From assembly GCA_963674745.2 (NCBI GenBank), contig CAXXDV010000001.1, positions 1,856,001 to 1,920,000 on the forward strand: 64,000 nt of DNA, in the 5' to 3' direction. Positions 1 to 9,749 of this stretch are shown here, in pieces. Numbering within the stretch: the first letter of the stretch is position 1; each line of letters starts with the position of its first letter. The notes beneath the pieces are model-generated. The model saw only the letters and a program-made list of their open reading frames with translations. It was not told the origin of the DNA and did no database searches. A program made the translations under genes and the position numbers. The DNA is from Desulfosudaceae bacterium. GTDB taxonomy: Bacteria > Desulfobacterota > Desulfobacteria > Desulfobacterales > Desulfosudaceae.

Positions 1-11
1 CTCAAACCCAT
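1..11 (-). CDS. 5' end of the next gene in the pst operon (probably pstB), cut by the window edge
   Basis: ATG at 11-9 overlaps the pstA stop (TAATG), with AGGAG at 18-14. Identity inferred only from usual pstSCAB order. Confidence 0.4.
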
Positions 12-901
12 TACTCCTGAAGCTTTCGTCTTAAGCGCGCCCGGGCAATTATTGCAAAAAGGTTCATCCCGCAGACAAGCACAATCAGTACCAGCGCGGT
101 TCCGTATTGCAGTGGACCTGTTACGGCGATGTTTCTGCCCTCGGTGGCCAGGGCGTAAATATGATAGGGCAGGGCCATGACCTCATCAAATACCGAAGTG
201 GGTAAAACCGGTGTGAAAAACACCGCTGCCGTAAACAAAATGGGCGCGGTCTCTCCGGCGGCCCGTCCCAGGCCAAGAATCGCACCGGTCAGGATTTCAG
301 GAACGGCGGCCGGAATGACCACCCGATAAATCGTCTGCCACCTGGTCGCGCCCAGTCCCAGGGAAGCTTCCCGGTATGTATCCGGCACGGCTTTTAACGC
401 TTCCTCGGTTGCCCCGATGATGACCGGCAGGGTCATGACCCCCAGGGTCAGGGCCCCGGCCAGGATGCTGACGCCGAATTTCAGGACGGTGCAGAAAAAA
501 GCCAGTCCGAACAGGCCGAACACAATTGACGGCACCCCGGCCAGGGTGTTGATCCCGAAACGGATAACTCTTAAAAAACGACCCTTCCTGGCATACTCAT
601 GCAGATATACCGCCGTGGCTACACCGATCGGCATGGCAAACAGAAGCGCGCCGGAGGCAAGATAAAATGTGCCTATGATACAGGGCATGATACCACCCCT
701 GGTCATGGAATCGGATGGTGCCTGGGTGAGAAATTCCCAGCTGATACTTCCCGCTCCTCTGGACAGAACAAAATAACCGACGATCAGCAGGGCGGCCGCG
801 TTTACCAGCGTGGCCAGGCGGAAAAGCGAAAAAAAGAGCCCTTGCAGGGCCTTCCGTCGTTTCAGCCGTTTCGCTATGTTAATTGTTTCTTGTTCGTTCA
901 T
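11..901 (-). CDS. pstA: Phosphate ABC transporter permease PstA
   Basis: Multi-TM protein with LAGVPSIVFGLFG, EAA loop REASLGLGATRWQT and RAAGETAP; last of three pst genes. Confidence 0.95.
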   Translation of the reverse strand: MNEQETINIAKRLKRRKALQGLFFSLFRLATLVNAAALLIVGYFVLSRGAGSISWEFLTQAPSDSMTRGGIMPCIIGTFYLASGALLFAMPIGVATAVYLHEYARKGRFLRVIRFGINTLAGVPSIVFGLFGLAFFCTVLKFGVSILAGALTLGVMTLPVIIGATEEALKAVPDTYREASLGLGATRWQTIYRVVIPAAVPEILTGAILGLGRAAGETAPILFTAAVFFTPVLPTSVFDEVMALPYHIYALATEGRNIAVTGPLQYGTALVLIVLVCGMNLFAIIARARLRRKLQE

Positions 902-939
902 TATAAATAAATCGTCATTATATATGGGTGGTATTCGGA

Positions 940-1833
940 TTATCCTCCGAGTTGCTTCTTTTGGAACCGATTGGCCAGCACATCCGCCGTCAGGTTGAAC
1001 AGTAACGTAAACACAAAAAGCACAATACCGATGGCAAACAGGGCATGATAATGATTGCTGCGAAACGGGGCTTCAGCCATTTCAGAAGCGATGCTGGCCG
1101 GCATGGGACGGACCGGGTCAAACAGGGATTGCGGCACAATGGCCGCGCCGCCGGCCACCATCAACACCACCATGGTCTCGCCGATGGCCCGCGACATGCC
1201 CAGGATGACCGCCGTGCCAATACCCGACGCGGCAGCCGGAAGCACGATTTTAAAAATCGTTTCCAGTTTGGTGGCCCCCAGGGCCAGGGACGCTTCGCGC
1301 AGGGACTTGGGCACGCTGTGAATGGCGTCCTCGGATATACTGCAAATGGTCGGTACGGCCATAAAGGCCAGCATCAGTGAAGCATTAAACAGGTTAATGC
1401 CGACGGGCACATTGAACACTTTCTGCAAAAACGGGCCGAACACCATCAGGCCGAACAGGCCAATGACCACCGAGGGCAAAGACGCCAGGATTTCCACAAA
1501 GGGCTTGACGATCTCCGCCGTGCGTTTGCCCGCAATCTCCGCGATATAAATCGCCGTCATGATTCCCAGGGGCACGGATATAATTGAGGACAGCAGGGTA
1601 ACACAGGCAGAACCGGCGATCAGGGGGAGGATGCCGAACAGGGGCTCGTCATCGGTCGGATACCATAAACTGCCGAACAGAAAATCCTTGAGTGACGTGA
1701 ATTTTAGTACGGGAAGTCCCTCTGCAAAAAGGAACAGGCCGATCAGCAGCAGGCTGATAATGGAAACCAGTGCCACCACCAGAAAAAATATCTGAACGGA
1801 CCTGTCCGTGAACATTCGCCTTGAAATTTTCAT
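940..1833 (-). CDS. pstC: Phosphate ABC transporter permease PstC
   Basis: LASLPSVVIG, REASLALGATKLET, RAIGETM motifs. Start moved to ATG 1833 (MKISRR, GAGG upstream) because the longer ORF overlaps pstS. Confidence 0.93.
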   Translation of the reverse strand: MKISRRMFTDRSVQIFFLVVALVSIISLLLIGLFLFAEGLPVLKFTSLKDFLFGSLWYPTDDEPLFGILPLIAGSACVTLLSSIISVPLGIMTAIYIAEIAGKRTAEIVKPFVEILASLPSVVIGLFGLMVFGPFLQKVFNVPVGINLFNASLMLAFMAVPTICSISEDAIHSVPKSLREASLALGATKLETIFKIVLPAAASGIGTAVILGMSRAIGETMVVLMVAGGAAIVPQSLFDPVRPMPASIASEMAEAPFRSNHYHALFAIGIVLFVFTLLFNLTADVLANRFQKKQLGG

Positions 1834-1870
1834 GGCCTCAATTGTTCCTGTCCTTATTGTCGCCTCGGGC

Positions 1871-1896
1871 CTCGACCCCTTGAATCCTTGAACCCT
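1871..1896. repeat. Short 8-bp-period tandem repeat (ctcgaccc/cttgaatc/cttgaacc) between pstS and pstC
   Basis: Three imperfect octamers read directly. Confidence 0.45.
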
Positions 1897-1900
1897 TTCC

Positions 1901-2728
1901 TTACGGCATAAAAACCGGCACACTCCCGACCGCCTGCACCAGTTTCTGGCCTTTGGGCGAAAACACGTAGTTGATGAAATCCAGGGTGACGCCCTCCGGC
2001 CAGCCGTTGGTGAACATGTACAGGGGGCGGCTGACTTCATACTGACCGCTTATGGTTGTGGCTTCCGTCCCCTTGACGCCGTCGACCTTTAACTGTTTGA
2101 GTGATTCGTTCAGGTAGGCCAGGCCGATATATCCGATGGCACCGGTGGTCTGGCCGACCGTCTGGACGGCGGCGCCATTGGAGGCAACCGTCAGCGCGCT
2201 GGGTACAACCCGCTCTTTTTTCAACACAATATCACCCCAGACTTCATATGTTCCGGAAGAGCTGTCTCTTGAAACCACAACGATTTTCTCATTTTTGCCG
2301 CCGACGTCCTTCCAGTTGGTGATTTCCCCTTTATAAATAGCCCCCAGTTGATTGATGGACAAATCCGATACCGGGTTGGAGGGATGGACCACCGGAACGA
2401 TGCAATCCATGGCAATCCGGAAAGGCACCGGATATACCCCCTTGTCGCAGGCCATCTTGATCTCTTTGTCCTTGATAAACCGGGAGGCATTGGCAATATC
2501 GGTTGTTCCGTCGATAATGGCTTTGATACCGTTACCGGAGCCGCCGCCGGAAAGGGAGACAGACACATTTCTTTCCTGCATATAAGCTTCGGCGATCTTC
2601 TGGGCTGCCGGAAGTACCGTGGTCGAACCTTTGATGACCAGCTGTCCGGCCAGGGCGGGGCCCACGGCGATAAACACGGCCAGGGTAAGAACAATCGCAA
2701 TGGTTAATTTTTTAAACGTGTTTTTCAT
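1901..2728 (-). CDS. pstS: Phosphate-binding periplasmic protein PstS
   Basis: Signal peptide; GSTTVLP, GGGSGNG, ASR, SRDSSSGTYE and SRPLYMF motifs. Confidence 0.95.
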   Translation of the reverse strand: MKNTFKKLTIAIVLTLAVFIAVGPALAGQLVIKGSTTVLPAAQKIAEAYMQERNVSVSLSGGGSGNGIKAIIDGTTDIANASRFIKDKEIKMACDKGVYPVPFRIAMDCIVPVVHPSNPVSDLSINQLGAIYKGEITNWKDVGGKNEKIVVVSRDSSSGTYEVWGDIVLKKERVVPSALTVASNGAAVQTVGQTTGAIGYIGLAYLNESLKQLKVDGVKGTEATTISGQYEVSRPLYMFTNGWPEGVTLDFINYVFSPKGQKLVQAVGSVPVFMP

Positions 2729-2810
2729 TTTTCATCTCCTGTAATCTTAATAATTGTCATTTTTAAATCGTTTTTATGCATTTTTATGGTTGTTAAGTCT
2801 TAAAAAGAAT

Positions 2811-2849
2811 GATTAGGAAAATATGAGAATAAGATAAAATTACGATTAA
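2811..2849 (-). promoter_or_regulatory. Pho-box-like array upstream of pstS
   Basis: Minus-strand TTAATC, TTTATC, CTCATA, CTAATC at an exact 11-bp period. Confidence 0.7.
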
Positions 2850-3001
2850 AAGAATAATGGCGCGGTGACCGTTTTTATAATCAATGAAACACGCATGAAA
2901 AAACATCCGTCAACTTTTGGTCAACTCAAGAGCGGTTTTTCCGGTGGCATCCCTTTATTTGGATACCGCGAAATTCACAATATGTTGTGTTGGGATAGAG
3001 A

Positions 3002-3057
3002 TTGACACGCTACTTACGCCCTGCTAATAAGCGGTTAATTTGTTAAGAAAACGTTAA
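3002..3057 (+). promoter_or_regulatory. Possible sigma70 promoter of the PiT gene with a downstream reverse-oriented Pho-box-like pair
   Basis: TTGACA 3002-3007, 17 bp, TAATAA 3025-3030 (weak -10 with TG extension). tgttaa at 3041 and cgttaa at 3052 are 11 bp apart. Confidence 0.45.
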
Positions 3058-3079
3058 CTTTTTGTCAGGAACGGTTTGC

Positions 3080-5317
3080 ATGGAAATTTATTTATTTGCC
3101 ATCGTTGTTCTTTTTGCCCTGGCTGTTTTTGATTTGATGGTTGGTGTCAGCAATGACGCGGTTAACTTCCTGAATTCTTCTATCGGGTCTCGGGTGGCGC
3201 CCCGTTATATCATTATGATTATTGCCAGCCTGGGTATGCTGACCGGTGTTCTTTTTTCCAGCGGTATGATGGAGGTGGCCCGGAAGGGAATTTTTCATCC
3301 CCAGTTTTTTCTCATGCCGGAGCTTATTACCATTTTTCTGGCCGTGATGCTGACGGATATTCTTCTGCTGGATATTTTTAACACCTTTGGCCTGCCCACA
3401 TCTACCACCGTATCGATTGTTTTCGAACTGCTGGGCGCGGCGGTGGCCGTTTCTCTGATAAAAATACATTTGTCCGGAGAGCAGTTGAGCCTCCTGGGCC
3501 AATATATCAATACCGGTCAGGCCCTGGTCATCATTTCCGGCATCCTGCTTTCCGTGGGGATCGCCTTTGTCTGCGGCGCCGTGGTTCAGTTTGTCACCCG
3601 TCTGATATTCACTTTTGAATATACGGCCCGATTGAAACGTTACGGCGGCCTGTGGGGCGGTGCATCCCTGTCTGCCATTACCTATTTTATTTTAATCAAA
3701 GGCGCCAAGGGCGCTTCTTTTATTTCTCCGGAAATGTTGACCTGGATAAAAACGCACACATTCCTGATTCTGTCCGTAAGTTTCATTCTGTTCTCCCTGT
3801 TCTTTCAGGCCCTGCTTTTTATCACCCGGGTAAATATCCTCAAGCCCATCGTGCTCGTGGGAACTTTCGCTCTGGCCATGGCCTTTGCCGCAAATGACCT
3901 GGTGAACTTTATCGGAGTCCCTCTGGCGGGTTTTGCCGCCTTTAAGGTGGCTTCCGCGTCAACCGATCCGTTAACGGTCAGCATGGCTGCTCTGCAGGGC
4001 AAGGTTCAAACAGATACCCTGCTTCTTCTGCTGGCAGGTATTATCATGGTGATTACCCTGTGGACTTCCCGCAAAGCCAGAACGGTCACGGAAACTGAAA
4101 TCGGATTGGGGCGTCAGGATGAAGGTATCGAGCGGTTCGGTTCAACCCAGTTCTCACGCATTATCGTGCGCATGGTGGCGACCCAATTCGGCTATGTGAA
4201 AAAAATCGTGCCGTCGGCCATACGCCGCGTCATTGCCAGTCGTCTTGATCCGTCGGTGATTGAGCCGGATGCGCCCGCAAAAGACCGGCCCTCATTCGAC
4301 CTTTTAAGAGCCTCCGTCAACCTGATGGTTGCCAGCATGGTGGTTTCCTTTGCCACATCCATGAAACTGCCCCTCTCCACGACATACGTGACCTTTATGG
4401 TGGCCATGGGCACATCACTTTCAGACCAGGCCTGGGGCCGTGAAAGCGCCGTTTATCGTGTAACCGGCGTCATGACGGTTGTCGGTGGATGGTTCTTCAC
4501 GGCCATGATCGCTTCTACCGTGGCGTTTATTTTCGCGACCTTTGTGTATTTCTTCAAAGTTCCGGCCATTATCGCGCTTATTGCCGCCGCCGTTATGGTC
4601 ATCCGCCGGAGTTACCGGATGCACAGCAAGCGGGAGAAAGACAGCAAGACAATTGAGACCTTCAGCTTAAAAGAGATCTCAGACACCCAGGCCGCCATTG
4701 CGTTGACCCGTCAGCATTTCGGTGTTTTTCTGGAGAATGTCGGGAACGACCTTGATCATTGCATCACGGCCTTGATACAGGAAAATCGACCAAAATTAAA
4801 GGCCTTGCGTCGGGAAAGCCGCAAGATCCAGGACTGGTCAAACATTATCAACGCCAATATTTTTAAAACACTGTATCTGCTGAATCGGGACGATCTGGAA
4901 GTAGCCCGGGAATATGCCCTGACGATCCGTTCCCTGCAGGAAATAGCCGAAAGCCACCGGGACATTCTTATCCGGGCGCACCTGCATGTGGCCAACCATC
5001 ATACGGGTCTGCTTGATTCACAAAAGGTGGAACTGGAAACGCTACGGCAGATTCTGACCAATGAGTTGACTGGTGCCTCAGGTATGCTGTTGAAAAAAAC
5101 GCCTGTTGATTTTGAAAAAATCGTAACCGAGCTTGACACCTTAAAATCCAGGGCAGCTGAATTCGACTGTAACCAGATCCAGCGGATCCAGAACGCCGAA
5201 TCCAAGACCCGGCTCAGCATCCTTTTTTACAGCCTTCTGGCCGCCGGAACGAAAATCGCGGAAGAGACCAGCACCCTGCTTAATATTTTCAGAGACACTT
5301 TCAAGGTGGACCGATAG
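3080..5317 (+). CDS. Inorganic phosphate transporter (PiT/PHO4 family) with a C-terminal PhoU-like helical domain
   Basis: Two PiT signatures (GVSNDAVN, AANDLVN), GLPTSTT and LPLSTT, many TMs, soluble helical C-terminus. ATG 3080 preferred over TTG 3062. Confidence 0.88.
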   Translation: MEIYLFAIVVLFALAVFDLMVGVSNDAVNFLNSSIGSRVAPRYIIMIIASLGMLTGVLFSSGMMEVARKGIFHPQFFLMPELITIFLAVMLTDILLLDIFNTFGLPTSTTVSIVFELLGAAVAVSLIKIHLSGEQLSLLGQYINTGQALVIISGILLSVGIAFVCGAVVQFVTRLIFTFEYTARLKRYGGLWGGASLSAITYFILIKGAKGASFISPEMLTWIKTHTFLILSVSFILFSLFFQALLFITRVNILKPIVLVGTFALAMAFAANDLVNFIGVPLAGFAAFKVASASTDPLTVSMAALQGKVQTDTLLLLLAGIIMVITLWTSRKARTVTETEIGLGRQDEGIERFGSTQFSRIIVRMVATQFGYVKKIVPSAIRRVIASRLDPSVIEPDAPAKDRPSFDLLRASVNLMVASMVVSFATSMKLPLSTTYVTFMVAMGTSLSDQAWGRESAVYRVTGVMTVVGGWFFTAMIASTVAFIFATFVYFFKVPAIIALIAAAVMVIRRSYRMHSKREKDSKTIETFSLKEISDTQAAIALTRQHFGVFLENVGNDLDHCITALIQENRPKLKALRRESRKIQDWSNIINANIFKTLYLLNRDDLEVAREYALTIRSLQEIAESHRDILIRAHLHVANHHTGLLDSQKVELETLRQILTNELTGASGMLLKKTPVDFEKIVTELDTLKSRAAEFDCNQIQRIQNAESKTRLSILFYSLLAAGTKIAEETSTLLNIFRDTFKVDR

Positions 5318-5489
5318 CCTGGTTTCCATCCATAAAACCCTTTTTTCACAATGTCTGCTTCAAACTGCGGCCTTGCCCGTGCGGTGAACGTCCAGTACAC
5401 CTCCGTACAAACCCTTGTTTTCCTTAACCCTGATAAAGACACATTTCAGGATTGAAATCACCAGAGGGCGTCCACTCTTATCAAATGGG

Positions 5490-5517
5490 TTGACAATGGT
5501 GAAAAAGGCTGTATAAT
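5490..5517 (+). promoter_or_regulatory. Consensus sigma70 promoter upstream of the GAK operon
   Basis: TTGACA 5490-5495, 16-bp spacer, TATAAT 5512-5517. Confidence 0.65.
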
Positions 5518-5583
5518 TTCAAGAATTGTTTTATGCGTTTAACCCTTCCTGACCATTCCAGACAAAAGCTCACCGCGAATTTC

Positions 5584-5620
5584 CGTTAGGGTTCTGTTAC
5601 GATTGTTAAGGTATTGTAAG
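5584..5620 (-). promoter_or_regulatory. Two reverse-oriented Pho-box-like pairs in the GAK operon leader
   Basis: cgttag 5584 / tgttac 5595 and tgttaa 5604 / tgtaag 5615, each pair 11 bp apart. Confidence 0.55.
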
Positions 5621-5715
5621 TAATTGGTTTCTTATTGTTTTAAGTATTGCATAGGCTTTTATTGACATATATTATAATTTGATTCCGATTTCAGCTCTTA
5701 TCAATTTAGGAAAAT

Positions 5716-6885
5716 ATGATGCCGCAAGAAAAATCTGCCAAATTAATAAAAACCGATCTGACTGTGGTCCCGGAAGATATCCCCGACGAAATAACAGAAT
5801 TGGACCGACAGCGTTTTTTTAAAGTCATTGCCACGAACCTTACGCCGGAACAAGAGGCCTTTATTCGGACACCGGAGAACGTATTTACCGATCAGCAGGA
5901 TGTCCTGGCGGTTCACTGGCACCCGGAATTTATTCCCTTACCCCTGGTTCAGGAACGCATTGAAGCCATGTATCCCGGCAAGACCAACGAACTGATTATT
6001 CCTACCCAGCATAATATCCTGCTCGAGTACGGTAGCTTTTCCGGGGTGGAAGTGGATTGTTATTCCAGCGGTTTTAACCAGAAAGTACAGTTGTTGTTAC
6101 ATTTTCAGACAACCCGATTAAAAGAGGCCGATGTGTTAAAGGAAATGCTCGGCCATACATACAGATACAGAGCAGGTCAGTTGTTCGACTTCATCCATAC
6201 AATTATCAAACCCGATGAGGATCGCTTGAACGAGGCTGCCCGGGAAACCGGCGTCAACGAAGCGCTGATCCGGTTTGTCCAGGTACATGTTGATAAAATT
6301 TATCGCCTGCTTCAAGAAAATGAAACATCCATAAATCCGCAGATGATCAGAAATAAACTGCTGGCGAATTTCTTTGATGAGTTGCGCGATACCTACGCTG
6401 ATTCTCTGATCAATCGCGTTCAGACGTTTTTAAGGGCCGTAAAACAAGTCGTGAAAGCAAATTTTTCTCTGGAATATTTTTACCGTACATCGGAAATAAT
6501 TGAAGAGGCCCGAAGTCTTGGTGCCGGAATTGTAATTCCCCATCCGGAACAGTTCTGGCCGGTTTTGCTGGCAGACTACGATGTAGATGGATATGAAGTA
6601 TGGAACCCGCAATCAAAACGCTATACGAAATTTCTGGTTTCGGTGTTAAGGGAAAAAAACAAGACGATAGGTATGTCCAAAAGGCGTTTGCTGATTTTTA
6701 TGGGAGACGATACCCATCTGGGCGAAAAGCTCAAATCGCCGGAAAAACAGAATCTGGAAAAAGCCGCCAGAGAAATCGGATTCCAGCCTGCCTGGGGAGA
6801 TCTCAATATACAAAAAGGATTGATCCTGGCTGATATGGACAGAAAAAGCGTTATCCAGGAGTACCGAAATCGTTTGACGGGATAA
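5716..6885 (+). CDS. Divergent PHP-family (phosphoesterase-like) protein heading the GAK operon
   Basis: PHP motifs in order: HWH, TQHN (for TDHN), GVEVD, IPHP, DGYEVWN, GDDTH. Confidence 0.65.
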   Translation: MMPQEKSAKLIKTDLTVVPEDIPDEITELDRQRFFKVIATNLTPEQEAFIRTPENVFTDQQDVLAVHWHPEFIPLPLVQERIEAMYPGKTNELIIPTQHNILLEYGSFSGVEVDCYSSGFNQKVQLLLHFQTTRLKEADVLKEMLGHTYRYRAGQLFDFIHTIIKPDEDRLNEAARETGVNEALIRFVQVHVDKIYRLLQENETSINPQMIRNKLLANFFDELRDTYADSLINRVQTFLRAVKQVVKANFSLEYFYRTSEIIEEARSLGAGIVIPHPEQFWPVLLADYDVDGYEVWNPQSKRYTKFLVSVLREKNKTIGMSKRRLLIFMGDDTHLGEKLKSPEKQNLEKAAREIGFQPAWGDLNIQKGLILADMDRKSVIQEYRNRLTG

Positions 6886-6906
6886 TTACTAATAAGAGGA
6901 AAAGAA

Positions 6907-7194
6907 ATGGCTAAAGAAGATTATTTTGAACACGAATCATATCAGGACAGGGAAACGATCAAGCACTACCTGGCATCACTGTTAAATGGATTTGAGTCGG
7001 GAAAAATCGTTATGAATTCTGAAAAAGACAACATTGAAATGAATGTCAATTCCCTGATTAAATTCCGTGTTTCGGCCAGAAAAAAAGGCGACAGGAATAA
7101 GGTTGAACTGGCCATTTCCTGGCGGGACGGCAAACAGAAAATTTCCCAGGAAAAGATTTTCATTGGCTCCCAGCCAAATAATCCGGAGGCTTAA
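6907..7194 (+). CDS. Amphi-Trp domain protein
   Basis: Small protein with an amphipathic helix (YLASLLNGFESG), alternating beta strands and terminal ELAISW. Confidence 0.85.
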   Translation: MAKEDYFEHESYQDRETIKHYLASLLNGFESGKIVMNSEKDNIEMNVNSLIKFRVSARKKGDRNKVELAISWRDGKQKISQEKIFIGSQPNNPEA

Positions 7195-8837
7195 TGCCGG
7201 TTTATACATCGATTCTGGAAAACTTCAAACTTGTGATCGCTGAAGTGCTTGGCCAGGTTCAGTTGACCCGTCAATTACTGCAGGATTCAGCTGAACAAAA
7301 GCGTTTATTGTTTCAGATATCCTCAAAAGATGACTATATTGATAATTTAAAAACCACTATTGAAGATGAATGTTTCTCCAGCATCTGCCATATTGATCCG
7401 GAAAACGTCCAGGCTGTAAATAACAGCCGGGCCATTCATATCATATGTCTTAATCTTGAACGCATCGCCGACTTTTGTGTCAATATTGCCCGCCAGTCCG
7501 AATACCTCAAGGACAAATCATTTATTCAACATTATGATTATTCCGACATGTTCGAGGAGATTGAAAAGAGTATTTCCCACATTCTCCCCGTTTTCCAAAA
7601 AAAAGACCTTATCGGCGCGCTGGAGATATGTAAAACCGAACTGTCGATTGATAGAATGTACAAAACCAATTTTGACTACATCATGACCGCTCTTCGCAAT
7701 ACGATTGAAGTCGAAGATTCGGTTACCACGATTTTTATTTTTCGGTATATTGAACGCATCGGTGATGCCCTGTTAAATATCGGTGAAGCCGTTATTTTTT
7801 CAATCATTGGTGAACGCATCAAAATCCGACAGTTTGTCGCGCTGGAAAAAACATTGCATGACTCGGGCTTTGATGGCACGCTGACCGACATCGAATTCCG
7901 CGCCATCAAGGGCTCCCGCTCAGGCTGTCAGATCGGAAGAATTTCTTCCGATCATTATACGCCCACCAAAGCCCAGGGGATATTCAAAGAAGGTGCAATA
8001 CAAAAGATCAACAAGGAAAAGAAGAATATCGAACAATGGAATTCCATCTATCCGGGTATTGCTCCAAGGGTTTATGGGTACTATGAAAAGTCCGACACGG
8101 CCTCGCTCTTCATGGAGCTCTTCCCCGGCTGCACCTTTGATGAAATTATTCTTAATGCCGATGAAGAAATCGTTCATAACGCCTCTTATATCCTGGAAAA
8201 TATTCTGTTAAGCGTATTCGAAAAAACACGGAAAGAAAGCGGCAAAAAACCGGATTTTATGCGCCAGTTGAGCAGCCGGTTAGCCGACATAAAGAAAGTT
8301 CATCCCCACCTGTATCGCTCCGAGCAACACCTTGACGGTTTCAAGGTGGTTTCTTCAAATGAGCTTCTTGATCGTTGCAGGGAAAAAGAACAGACCCTCA
8401 GGCGACCGTTTGATGTTTTTATCCATGGAGACTTTAATACCAACAACATCATTTATGATCACAGTAACCAGGAAGTCCATTTTATCGACACGCATCGTTC
8501 AGACTGGGGAGATTATGTCCAGGACGCGTCCGTGTTTCTGATTTCAAATTTCAGGTTGCCTTTTTTTGAAGACCGTCAACGTCAACGGCTGAATGAGACC
8601 ATAGAGAATTTCTATCATTTTTATCAGCAACTGGCCGAGACCATGGATGATAAAGACTTTGAGTATCGGATGGCCTTTGCCCTTGCCAGATCATTTTATA
8701 CATCCACGCGATTTGAACTCAATGATGAATTTGCCCAGAACATGATATTACGGTCCCATTTCCTGATGGAAAAAATTATTCAACACAATGACGCCCCGGC
8801 TTCTTTTCGATTGCCGGAAGATATCCTTTATTATTGA
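7194..8837 (+). CDS. PhoU domain / APH-choline-kinase-like phosphotransferase fusion
   Basis: Two PhoU repeats (LERIAD, IERIGD) followed by a kinase domain with IHGDFNTNN and FID. Confidence 0.85.
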   Translation: MPVYTSILENFKLVIAEVLGQVQLTRQLLQDSAEQKRLLFQISSKDDYIDNLKTTIEDECFSSICHIDPENVQAVNNSRAIHIICLNLERIADFCVNIARQSEYLKDKSFIQHYDYSDMFEEIEKSISHILPVFQKKDLIGALEICKTELSIDRMYKTNFDYIMTALRNTIEVEDSVTTIFIFRYIERIGDALLNIGEAVIFSIIGERIKIRQFVALEKTLHDSGFDGTLTDIEFRAIKGSRSGCQIGRISSDHYTPTKAQGIFKEGAIQKINKEKKNIEQWNSIYPGIAPRVYGYYEKSDTASLFMELFPGCTFDEIILNADEEIVHNASYILENILLSVFEKTRKESGKKPDFMRQLSSRLADIKKVHPHLYRSEQHLDGFKVVSSNELLDRCREKEQTLRRPFDVFIHGDFNTNNIIYDHSNQEVHFIDTHRSDWGDYVQDASVFLISNFRLPFFEDRQRQRLNETIENFYHFYQQLAETMDDKDFEYRMAFALARSFYTSTRFELNDEFAQNMILRSHFLMEKIIQHNDAPASFRLPEDILYY

Positions 8838-8863
8838 TTCACGCTGTAACGTGAGGACTTGAA

Positions 8864-9745
8864 ATGAAAATTGGAGTGGTTGGCGTACCGGGCGGATGGT
8901 CCTCGGAAAAACTGGCTGACATGGTTTACGAAATGACCGGTTATCGACTGTTGATTGATATGAGCAAAACGGCCTTCAACCTGTCTGATTTATCATGCTG
9001 GTATGAAAACATAGATCTGTTAAAGCTCGATGCCCTGATCGTAAAAAAAATCGGCGCCCGATATTCTCCAGATCTGCTGGACCGGCTGGAGATGCTCCGC
9101 TTTATGGCGAATCAGGGCCTGCCGATATTTTCTCAGCCGGAAAATATGATGCGTGTAATCGACAGGCTGAGTTGCACGGTAACCATGCAACTGGCAGGCA
9201 TCCCCATGCCGGAAACAACCATCACCGAAGACATGGATCTGGCTTTGGAGACCGTAAAGGCCTATGAACGGGCCGTATTCAAGCCGCTATACAGTTCTAA
9301 GGCACGAGGAATGATGCTTATTGATTCTTCTTCTGACCCCAGGGGCGAGATCGAAGAATTTAAAGCCGATAATCCTATCATGTACATCCAGAAACAGATC
9401 GATCATAACGGTCGTGACCTGGGCATCGCTTTTCTTGGCGGAAAATACCTGACCACCTATGCCCGTTGCGCCAACGGTGATTCCTGGAATACTACCATTC
9501 GATCCGGTGGCGGTTATGCTGCTTATGAACCGGGGCCGGACATTTTGCAACTGGCGCATCGTGCCCAGAGCCTGTTTAACCTTGACTTTACGTGTGTGGA
9601 TGTGGCGGAAACCGATAATGGACCAATGGTATTCGAGGTGTCCGCCTTCGGGGGGTTTAAGGGGATTCATGCCGCTTCGGGGATGGATGCGGCCAGACTG
9701 TACGTTGAGTATGTATTAAAACAGTTAAACAAGGTGAAAGATTAG
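8864..9745 (+). CDS. GAK system ATP-grasp enzyme (RimK-like)
   Basis: IPMPETTI, VFKPLYSSKARGM, YIQK, FTCVDV and FEVSAFGGF motifs. Confidence 0.88.
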   Translation: MKIGVVGVPGGWSSEKLADMVYEMTGYRLLIDMSKTAFNLSDLSCWYENIDLLKLDALIVKKIGARYSPDLLDRLEMLRFMANQGLPIFSQPENMMRVIDRLSCTVTMQLAGIPMPETTITEDMDLALETVKAYERAVFKPLYSSKARGMMLIDSSSDPRGEIEEFKADNPIMYIQKQIDHNGRDLGIAFLGGKYLTTYARCANGDSWNTTIRSGGGYAAYEPGPDILQLAHRAQSLFNLDFTCVDVAETDNGPMVFEVSAFGGFKGIHAASGMDAARLYVEYVLKQLNKVKD

Positions 9746-9749
9746 GCCG

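Noticed and set aside
1834..2040. N-terminal extension of the 940..2040 ORF
   Set aside because: Overlaps pstS in another frame and looks non-coding; ATG 1833 has an RBS.
5662..5678. TTGACA and TATAAT close to the GAK start
   Set aside because: Only 5 bp apart, so not a single sigma70 promoter.
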